Source: Lama glama
Taxonomy: Eukaryota
Direction of reading: 5' to 3'
Assembly (NCBI GenBank): GCA_028534125.1
Contig: CM052818.1
Location: forward strand, 7,690,001-7,750,000
DNA length: 60,000 nucleotides
In this document: positions 1-10,015 of the stretch, piece by piece
Layout of the letters: every line of letters starts with the position of its first letter
Numbering within the stretch: the first letter of the stretch is position 1
The notes under the pieces: generated by a model
Seen by the model: only the letters and a program-made list of their open reading frames with translations
What the model was told of the DNA's origin: nothing
Database searches by the model: none
Program-made: the position numbers and the translations under genes

Positions 1-1892
1 TTAATAACCACTCTCAACATTTTGTTGTTTATCGTTTCATACATTATATATAGCTATAAAACGTTTCTGTATCAAAATGAGATTGTACTATATATTTTGT
101 TTGTAATCTCATAGTTGGGTCTCTTGAAACAATAGCCATTGTGTGTTAATTTCCTCTCCACTCCATCCACTGCAGTCAGCTTGCACCCCTACTGTTGGAC
201 TTGATGTTGCTTTCCTATGTGATTGGTCACTTCCTAATTGCCAAATCTAAAGGAGGTTTTTTCCCTTATTATTTTATTTGCAAATTCTGAGCTGATTTTT
301 TTCTCTTAATTTCCCCCTCACCTTCTTGGATGTTCCTTTCCATCTTTATCAGTAGTCTCTCTTTATATTTTTCTTTCATTTCTTTCTTCAGCGATGTTTG
401 AGTCCTCTTAGGTTCTGTACTTGGCCCTCTTCACTAATTGTCTCCAGAGTGATATAATCAACACCAGTGTCTTAAGTCTATAATGACTCACCACAGTCTT
501 GTGCATTAAGTCCAAACTCCTTATAAGATTCCACCCAACTTAGGGACTATTCATTTTTTGTCTAAATAAAAAATAAATGAACCTTTACTAATATTTATTA
601 TGAGGATTGATACCAACATCTACAGTCAGTCCATATGTTTATTTATCAGATAGTCACATTATATAGATCAGTGAGTAAACTCAACAGATTAACAGTGGTA
701 TCCTTTATTTAGTTCATCCTTGTGATGTAATAGAGCTTACACAAGTAGTTACTTCTGTTTATAGATTGTTATCTAGCTTTAACTAAACCAGCTCTCACAG
801 AATGTTTAATTAACCTAAAATGATTCCTGTAGAGAAATCATATCTTGGATGAATACTCATAATGGAACCAAAAGTAAACAACAAACCACAGAGTTGGATT
901 CTCCTACTCTTAGTACAGGCTTTTCCACAGCCATACATAAAAGTACTGAAAAGGAGTTGTCAAACTTAAGAATATGTTATGTATTGTTTTCTTTAACAGA
1001 AATAAAAAGCATTCCAAATTTGCTGATCTTTTTAGAGATGGCATATAACTGACAATAATATTTAACCAAAAATAATGAAACACACAGATACACAAACATA
1101 TTCAGTCTGTTCCTGCAGGGTGGTTTTTTTGTTTGTTTTTATTTTTAAATAATGAATGAGAAAATATAGTAGTTGATTTTCTAGAAACACTCATGCTATA
1201 GTAAATCTATTTTGAAAATGGATGTTTGAAAATATTCCATCATTATGTTATTTGGTTAAACGATAAACTTGTTAAAAACCCAGACTGGAGTTTTCTAACT
1301 TGTTTTAAGAACCTCAAAATAGAGAGTTTAGAAAGTGTGATCAGTGATTTCTTCCACTTGGTTCTACACACATTTGTGAAGTATCCTTTTTTAATTTTTT
1401 CTTTAACAGGCATTGAAAGCCAGATTAAAAAAAAATAATAAATTGAACTTAGAGCCAAACCTTTAAATCACCATTTCATAAAGTTTAAATCAAGATTTTT
1501 AATAATAATGAGGCATAGTGAGTCACATTGCTATCAGTTAAAGATAGAGTAAAAAGGTATTTTTGCCATTAATTAGTAAACTACATTATTTTAAAGTCTT
1601 TCCTTTTTATCTTTTAAAAATTTGCATTTAGCATGTTTTTATATTAAATACATTAATACAGTGGTACCCTACGTAATTGGTAAATGATGATTGCTTAAAA
1701 ATTTTTAACTGATGGGATACAGGATCAAAAAAGTTTATAGACTGCTGATACAGACAATAAACATCCCAAGTTCAAAGGAAGGCCAGTTTTCTGTGGGTTA
1801 TAATCATTAGAAAAGATTCATAGTGGAGGTAGGTGTAAGGCTGAAGGTGAGTTTTTGCAGTTTAATAATAGCATTGTTGCTGATTAGTAAAG

Positions 1893-2404
1893 TGTGGTGG
1901 TTAATTTTGTGTCAGTTTTATTGGGCAAGGGATCCCCATGTAGTTGGTAAAACATTAATTCTAGGTGTGTCTTTGTAGGTGTTTCTGGAAGAAATTAGCA
2001 TTTGATTCAGTAGACTGAGTAAAGTAAGATCTGCCCTTGCCAATGAGGGCAGGCATCATCCTTATCTAATCTTTTGAAGGCTGAAATAAAATAAAAAGGT
2101 AAAGGTAGGACGAATTTGTTTTCTCTTCTTGAGCTGGGAAGTCCATCTTCTCTGGCCCTCGTGAATCAGAGCTCTTGGTTCTAGGCCTTTGTACTACAGG
2201 ACTTAATACCAGTGGCCCCCTGGCTTTCTAAGTCTTTGGCCTTGGACTGAATCATACCATCTGCTTTCCTGGTTCTCCAGCTTGCGTAAGACAGATTGTG
2301 GGACTTCTTGGCCTCCATAACTGGGTGGTGAGCCATTTCCTTGAATAACTCATTTTTATAAGTATCCTGTTGGGTCTGTTTCTCTGGATAACCCTGCTAA
2401 TACA
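1893..2404 (+). mobile_element. Solo LTR of the ERVL family (MLT2-type)
   Basis: Begins TGTGGTGGTTAATTTTGTGTCA and ends TCTGTTTCTCTGGATAACCCTGCTAATACA (TG...CA termini). The internal GAAATTAGCATTTGATTCAGTAGACTGAGTAAAG is typical of MLT2. Confidence 0.85.
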
Positions 2405-2669
2405 CAGATAGTAATTTGTTTTCATAGAAGAACATTTGGAAAATTTAAAAAAGCACAAACAAAAATACAAATTTCTTGGAATTCTGTCACTTGGAGTTAA
2501 CCATTTTTAATATTGTGGTATATGTTTGCAATTTTTTTTTGCAAATGTGTATTCTTACTTCGAAGTAGAAAATTGGGATCGTACTGTACATATTGTTCTG
2601 AAAACTGTTTCCACTTAACAATATGTTACACATTTTTATGTCTTTAAGTATTCTGTAATCCTATTTCAA

Positions 2670-3395
2670 AAAATTTTAATTGTGGTAAAAATATGTATTA
2701 TATAACATTTATCATCTTAACCATCTTTTAAGTGTACAGTTCAGTAGTGTTAAGTATATTCACATTGTTGTGCAGCCAATCTTCAAAACTTTTTCATCTT
2801 GCAAAATTGAAACACTATAACCCATCAAACAGTTCTCCATTTCCCCTCCCCTGGCCCCTGACAACCACATTGTGCTTTCTGTGTCTATGATTTTGACTGT
2901 TTAGATACTTCATGTAAGTAGAATCATACAGTATTTGTCTTTTTGTGATTGGCTTAATTTCACTTAGTATAATGTCTTCAAGGTTCATTCATGCTGTAAC
3001 ATAGTCGGAATTTCCTTCCTTGTTAAGGCTGAATAATAATAATATTCCATTGTGTATATGTACCACATTTGTTTATTCATCTTTCAATGGCCACTTTCCT
3101 TGCTTCTACCTCTTGGCTATTTTGAATAATGTTACTGTTACATGGGTGTGCAAATATCTCCCCAAGACCCTTTTATCAGTTCTTTTGGGTATATACCCAG
3201 AAGTAGAATTGCTCCATCATATGATAATTCTATTTGTACTTTTTGGAGAATTGCCATGCTGTTTTCTGTTAATGGCTGCACCATTTTACTTCCCACCAAA
3301 AGTGCATAAGGCTTCCTGTACCTCCACATCCTTGCCAACATTTATTTGTTGTTGTTGTTGTTGTTTTAGGTAGTAATCATCCTAATGAATGTGGA
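2670..3395 (-). mobile_element. LINE-1 3' end (L1MA/L1MB-like), antisense to VPS54
   Basis: Typical L1 3'UTR complement (aagtgtacagttcagtagtgttaagtatattcacattgttgtgca). Minus ORF 3138..3341 contains the degenerate ORF2 C-terminus motif IELSYDGAILLLGIYPKE. Confidence 0.88.
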
Positions 3396-3449
3396 GTCTG
3401 CTGTTCTATTTTTAATGTTTTGAAGTGTGTATGTATTTGTTTTCTTAAG

Positions 3450-3850
3450 ATACATAATCTAAAGGTGAAATTTGAAATGACCTTTGGAAGGACAAGAGGC
3501 ATTAGATAGGTACAAAGATGGTATGAACATTCCAGGAAAGGCACAACCATAACAAAGACGAGGAGACCTTAATAGCGTGATGGATTAGAGAAACAGTTAG
3601 ACCACGATGTCTGGAATAAAGATTATCCATGGGTAATTGGAAATAGGGTTAGAAAGGAAGGTAAGCATCAGTTGTGGAAATCCTTGAGTACTAGCTTGTG
3701 AAGCTTGACATTTGTTTGGAAGTTGATGAATAATATTAAAGGTTTTTGAGCTGAAGTATGACAAAATGAAAACTTTCTAGAAGATTAATCCTAAAACAAT
3801 GTGCAGAATGATTTAGATTGGAAGCAGAGAGACCAGTTAGAGGCCCACAG
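3450..3850 (-). mobile_element. L2 LINE fragment
   Basis: Purine-rich L2-like motifs (cattccaggaaagg, aaggtttttgagc, gaagcagagagaccagttagaggc); boundaries approximate. Confidence 0.6.
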
Positions 3851-5003
3851 TATGATCAAAGGACGACAGACGGCAGGCAAGTTTAGATTTTATTAAGTAG
3901 GGTATATTATAAAGTAGAGTATCACTTTTGAAAAATAGGAGAACATAAGTTAAGTGGTGTGTTAGTATATCTGTGTTTTAACCACTCTGGTAAAATGTTT
4001 TGTATACATTGAAATGGTAGAGGGGAAAAAGACTTTTGCTATTACCTTACCTGTAATAGGCAATTTGATGGATAGTTCAGAGTTGACTGTAAATGATTTT
4101 GTAATATCAATGCTTCCTTTAAGCAGTTAATATTACAGTGTAGAAACAAGGGGATAAATTTTTGCACAGTATCTGGGTAATGCCTCGGTAAATGTTTGTC
4201 TCAGCTGCCTTCTCATTCAGCCTTTAAGGAATTCCAGTTTCTATATGTGATATTACTCTTCTGCAACATTGAAACTTGATTGCAATTTATTGATTTTTTT
4301 CTTGCATATTTGAAGTTGTACAATAACGCCATCTTCAGGTAGATTAACAGTTACAAATTGCATGTTTTCCCTTTTCTCTGATACTTTTATTTTGCATTGT
4401 TTGTCTGTTTAACATTGACAACTATGTAAAGTTTCTATCCCCCAACTTTTTATTGTGAAAAATAAAAACATACAGAAAAGTGAAAGAATATGTTACACTC
4501 ATATGTATTTCACTGAGATAAACCATTTTTAACATCTTGTGGTGTTTGTTTTATCTGTGTACATTTTTTTGCTGAATCATTTGAAAGTAAGTGTATACTT
4601 CACTTCTAAATACTTCAGTGTTCATGTCCTGAGTATAAGAACATTTTCCCATACTCTCAATACCATTAATATACCTAAGAAAATTAATAATAATTCTAGA
4701 ATATCATATAACATCCAATTCATATTCAAAAATTTTCAGTTGTCCCAAGAATGTATTGGAGCCATTTTTTTTTCTTCTTTAACTAGGATCCAGTGAAGGC
4801 TCACATATTGCCTTTAGTTGTTGTCTCTTTATTTTAATGTAGAATAGTTCCCCACCTTTTAAAAATGACATTGATCCAAGTGTCCAGACCAATTTTGTTG
4901 TAGAATGTCTCATATTTTCAATTTGTTTGTTTCCCTGTTTTGTGGTTTAAATCTCACTATCCTGTTTCCCTCTTTTTTCTTATACTGGAAGATAGGTCTG
5001 CAT

Positions 5004-5703
5004 CAGAGGTACTTGACCTTCGGTTTACATAGTCTGTAGGGTCTGTGGATAGAACTCAGGGAGTCTGTGAACTATGGATGGGGAAAAATTATATCTTTGT
5101 TTTCATTCACTGGTTCTCAACTGGGATGATTTTGTCTTCTCTCCTCTTTTCCCCCACCTAGCAATGTTTGGCTTTGTCTGAAGACATTTTTGGTTGTCAC
5201 AACTGGCTGGGAGGCTGTTATTGGCATTAACTGGATAGAGGCTAGGAATGCATCTAGAGATCCTACAGTGTACCGAGGAGAGCCCCCAACAACAAAGAAT
5301 TGTCTAGCTCAAAATGTCAGTGTCAATGGTGCTTGACATTAAACCCTGCATTAACTGAATTTTAGTTAATTATGAGTGTAGAAAACCCTTCATAGGGTTG
5401 TTAGCACTACCTGTAACTTTGTCACCAAGAGAAATTTCAGATGTCTTCATATTACATTAAACTGTTGCAGGTATCTTGAAATATTTATGTTCATTTATTG
5501 CTTAGAAATTTAGATTTGTATTAATCAAGAAGCAAAAATTTTACTATATTACAATTTTAAAAGATAATTTGATAGCTGTAGTTCAATGTAACTGTTCATT
5601 GTAATCTATGTATTTTATGGATTATAAACATTATTTTGGAAATGGGTCTGTAGACCTTACCAGACTGCCAAAGAATCCACAGGACAAAAAGGTTTAACCC
5701 TTG
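5004..5703 (+). mobile_element. hAT-Charlie non-autonomous DNA transposon (Charlie4a-like)
   Basis: Starts CAGAGGTACTTGACC...GGATAGAACTCAGGGAGTCTGTGAAC and ends ...ACAAAAAGGTTTAACCCTTG; split by MER20. Confidence 0.7.
5108..5348 (+). mobile_element. MER20 (hAT-Charlie MITE) nested in the Charlie4a-like element
   Basis: CACTGGTTCTCAACTGGGATGATTTTG...GACATTTTTGGTTGTCACAACTGG...CCCCCAACAACAAAGAATT...AAACCCTG matches the MER20 layout. Confidence 0.85.
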
Positions 5704-8700
5704 GTCTAGAGGCTAGATTAGATTGGGTTAAACATTTCTGGTGAGAATGCTTCATAGGTAATGATGTTTATTTCATATTTGTCATTTCATGAATCACATA
5801 ATATCAAGTTGTCTTACTGTTATGAATCATGTCAAGTTTGATGACTTAAGTTAATTAAAGTAGTGACAACTAGATCTTTCCATTCTAAAGATACATTTCC
5901 CCCTTTACATTGCAAAATAATCTGTGAGGTAATATTTTGGCAGTGGTGAATTTTCTGTTTCTGAGCAACCTCTTACCTAATTACTTTAGCATACATTGAT
6001 GATTTTGCCTAAATTGATTTTTACATCAGAGGTTACAAAATAGTGATTTTAGATTTCAGTAATTTCTTCATATTTATAGCATTCTTCTGTAAAGAAGAGA
6101 TTTCCTTTTCCCACCCCACCCCACCCCCTTTTCCTCATCCCTCTCATTCCTCAAATATTATATAGATTAATTATTTTAAATTTATTCAATATGTTACACT
6201 CAGTTAGAGTTTTGTTTTGTTTTTGAGTGCTCAACTTGTCCTAAATGTAGCCAGTGGAAGCCCCTTTAACTTGGTGCTTGGTCCTTTTCACAGATCCTAC
6301 TTGTCTTAGCGCATTTCCTTGCTTTCTGACACTACAAGAGTTCTCAGGATCCACTTGTTCTTTCTGTGCTCCAGGTTTGGAGTCATGTATTTCTTCAAAA
6401 AAAAAAATGGTTTCTTTTTGGGGAATAGTATTTAAAACCAGGATCTGAGGACTTGATGTGCTCATTGCTTGTGGAGTGACACTGCTTTTAGGCCCTTTTA
6501 ATAGAAGCTTTTAAATAAACTTTTAACATACGAAAGTATTTTGAGCTATAAGAAAGAAAGTCAAATGTTTCTGATTTACTTATCCTTGCAGATTCTTTCT
6601 TTTGGAATGAATGAGTTTGTTTGTTCCTTTATTAGTTAGTCTAGACCCCTACTTTTATCTACTCACTCAAGAATTTTTGGTAGCTATCTAACTAATCTAT
6701 TTTACTAATCTCATTTACCTATCACCCATTTCATTCATCTTTATGTAATAAATAATATTTATTATTTACTATCTGTGTGCCAGGAACTGTGTTAGGCATG
6801 TAGAAGACACAGGAAAATGGAAATATCAAGAAGTTCACAGTCTAATAAGGAAGACCAAAATTTCAGTATTATGTGCAAAAATAGAAATATATAAACAGTA
6901 AGTGTAAGAAACCAAAGAAGGCTGAGTAGATAATATCAGAGTATGGTATTGATATAATTATGAGAAGATTACCATGTGAAGAAAGGTAGAACTATTCATA
7001 AGTTCTCATTGTTGGTTACCATTGGTTTAATGCCCAATTTGTATCTAGATGTGTAGGTATAAGTGGAAGTATTAGAAATCAGGGGTTACCTGCATTTAGT
7101 GCTGAGAGCTGTCCTTTCTCCTGTATCCTGTGTTTTTTGTTTTTATTTTTGCTGATTTTTTTTTCTGGGCAGGTAATCTATTTACACGAATTCATCATTT
7201 CTGTTCTTTAGCCTTTCAATGAAAGATTATTCCTTTGCTGAAATTAATTTGGTTTAGAGGCCATGTGGACTTGCTATATTTGTTTATACATCCAGGCTTT
7301 CTGAATAAGTGCATCATGTTTTATTGCCAATGACTGCACTTGCCTAGTGTTTGCATCATACTTGGTATGTGGTTATTAATCCAAAGTTTGATTCTTTCTG
7401 TGGGGAGATTATCTTAATAAATACAGAATCATGAGGGAATTGGAAAGTCAGATCTTTAGAAATTGGGGCTCATCTGTGTAGGCAGTACCCTAATTTTACA
7501 TAGTTCCTTTTAAAGCTAGAGATTATCCCTCTTTTCATAAGAATTAGAAAGGTGTAGGAAAAACAGAAAACTTGTTCATGTTTCCCAATTCAGACTCCTT
7601 AAGGAGTGAATAAGGCATTTTCTTTCGGTTTGTAGATACAGGGATAACTTGTAGGAGTCTAGAAATGTTTTTCCACAAGTCCTCATCTTCCTAAGTATTT
7701 CTAGCTTCCTAGAATGGGAATTAGGTTTTCTTTTTGCTGTAAAAAACAACATGGTGGTAAACAGAATACATTGAAGTAGTAGTGTGGTATTTTTGAAACC
7801 AATATTTATCTGACATCAAGAAATAGATGTTCAACATAAATTCATTTTCCATGTGTTTGTAGCCTACCTCTTTAAGTGTCAAAGTTTGTGTATTTTAGCC
7901 ATTTTCTTTGAGGAAATTAACAAAAAAAGACAGACTTCATGTTACATTTAGAATTGTCTTTACCAAACACTGTACAGGGATTCTGTGTTATCAATGTTTT
8001 CTATCCTTTAGATATTTCTTTTCTCTTAAATACGCAAATGCTTTTATACAGAAACACCATACACTTCATGTGTATGGATATGAATGCAGGCCAGTGAATG
8101 CCTTTCAAACCAAGGCCTGGATTAATTTTCCCAGATAATTTCATCATAGTACTCTTTCACCTCCAAGCTTCTAAAGGCTCCTAGAGTCTGACCATACTGT
8201 GTTTGCCTGTGGGTGTGTGTAAATATGATTAATTTGTCATTGCTTTTGTCAGCATTTTGTTAGCAAACATTTCAATCTAGCCAGGTCAGTTTCCACACAG
8301 TCTTATGATTATTCCATGTCCCTTATCCCTTGTTCATGCTGTTGTTTCCTTTCTGTTCGGGGACTTTGAGGAAGTTATGTATCTTTGTGCATTTTCTTGA
8401 CAGCTTGTTTCTTACGGTCTCAGTGATAGTATAATTGGATTGTTTCCTTTGCATTAGAAAGACTGAGACAGGTATGCAAGGAAGTCTAGAAAATGTAATT
8501 TTTAGCTTTCCACCAAACTAGAGAGGAATTAGAGAGGATGACTTTTGTAACCAGTCCTAGCCTTTTATCTCTGCTTTTTATTTCTCACCCTTATTTTTCT
8601 ATTCACCAGATTTCCTAAATTGGCTTTAAAAAAAAAACTTGTAAAGCCACATCTATTTTTGTAAACCACCTAGTCCTTCTGGGCCTTGCTATACTTATCT

Positions 8701-9099
8701 CTGTGGGGGAACTTAGAGTAGGTGATCTCTTAAGTTTCCCACAGCTATAAGCTTCTGTTTATGTTCATTTTTTTATTCTTTCATTAGAAAATATTTATTG
8801 AATGCCTGCTCTTTGGTAGATATGATCAGCCATATAAGATTTTCTACCCTCCAATAATAAAACAATTCATGTTCTCAGTATCGAAGTTATGTACTGCTTC
8901 ATTTATAAAGTCTTACCCTACATGGTAGCCTATATTATGTCGTCTTGCTTCACAAATTGCTTCAGCACTTATTAAAAAAAAAGACGTAGATTAACTTGTG
9001 TTTTGATTATTTTGATTACTTAATGTAATTGCAGGTACCTTGAAGAATGATACTCTTTTTTATAATCATTTAATATAGTGCTAGTCACACAGTAATTAT

Positions 9100-9360
9100 A
9101 ATCATAATAATAACTAATATTTATGAACACTAACTTTGAGGCAGGCATTGTTTAAAATGTTTTCCATATATCCAGTCCTTTAATGATTATAAAATGCTTG
9201 TGAGATGAGATCTCTTTTCACCTGCATTTTTACAGATGAAGAAAGCACACAGAGGTTAAATAAATTTCCTCAGGATTATATTGCTGGTAAATGAAGCCAG
9301 GATATTGAGCACAGACAGTCAGATTTAAAAAACCCATGTACTTATACATTGTGCTATCGT
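9100..9360 (-). mobile_element. MIR SINE
   Basis: MIR core complement cattttacagatgaagaaa...cacagaggttaaataaatttcctcagg. Confidence 0.75.
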
Positions 9361-9489
9361 GTGTAATTATTATATACTTGTTGAATGAATGGAAATGTTT
9401 TTGTTTTTAATATGTATTGGTTACACTTTTGGTATATTTTCACTTTGGATAAAGGACTAAATAAGGATATTTCACTCTGAATACTTTTT

Positions 9490-9642
9490 TAAAAAGTATT
9501 ATTTTATATTTAATTTTACTTTAATTTGGGGAGGGATTTGGTTTATTTATTCACTTATTTTTTAATGAAGGTACTGAGGTTTGAACCCAGGACCTTGTGC
9601 AAGCTAAGCATGCACTGTACCACTGAGCTGTACCCTCCCCCC
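9490..9642 (-). mobile_element. tRNA-derived SINE, camelid vic-1-like
   Basis: Reverse complement reads GGGGGAGGGTACAGCTCAGTGGTACAGTGCATGCTTAGCTTGCACAAGGTCCTGGGTTCAAACCTCAGTACC, with Pol III A and B boxes, followed by an A-rich tail. Candidate TSD GAATACTTTTT at 9479-9489 and 9649-9659. Confidence 0.85.
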
Positions 9643-9879
9643 AGAGGAGAATACTTTTTAAATAAGGACAAATAACTTACCAAACTGAATATAGTGAATG
9701 ACTCTCAGAATTAATAATGAATATTCAAATTGTGTAGTTACACTTTGAGGGATTTTGGATAATATATTTTTCAAAGAAAATTTGTGATATACATAATACT
9801 TACAGATGAATGTTGCTTTGTATTAAGTGTCTTGATTATTGTTTGTTGCTCATTTTCAGTTGAGTGGTGATTTTATGCA

Positions 9880-10015
9880 ATGGCTTCAAGCCACAGTTCT
9901 TCACCAGTGCCTCAAGGAAGCAGCAGTGATGTTTTCTTTAAAAAAGAGGTAGATCCAACAAAACACATTCGACCTGTGCAGTCACTGCCAGATGTGTGTC
10001 CCAAGGAACCCACAG
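9880..10015 (+). CDS. VPS54: VPS54 exon 2, first coding exon (exon begins at 9860; CDS nt 1-136)
   Basis: Acceptor cattttcag|T at 9859/9860; ATG at 9880 in strong context gcaATGg; donor ACAG|gtaat. Confidence 0.96.

Larger units (their letters stand above)
4440..6500 (-). mobile_element. Old L1 (L1MC/L1ME-like) 3' region, interrupted by DNA transposons at 5004-5703
   Basis: L1M-like motifs on both sides of the insertion. It is collinear with a related uninterrupted copy at about 26960-27750. Confidence 0.65.

Noticed and set aside
3020..3373. ORFs 3020..3373 (+) and 3138..3341 (-) as genes
   Set aside because: Both lie in an L1 3' end; the minus ORF is a decayed ORF2 C-terminus.
4327..4335. 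YY1-like motif CGCCATCTT (and CGCCATTTT near 56639)
   Set aside because: Isolated 9-mers outside any promoter context; expected by chance in 60 kb.
9570..9642. tRNA gene on the minus strand
   Set aside because: The tRNA-like head is followed by a SINE body, an A-rich tail and a TSD, so it is a SINE rather than a tRNA gene.
1..9859. VPS54 promoter, CpG island or exon 1
   Set aside because: The sequence is AT-rich and CpG-depleted throughout, and exon 2 has a normal acceptor. This is intron 1, and the promoter lies upstream of the window.
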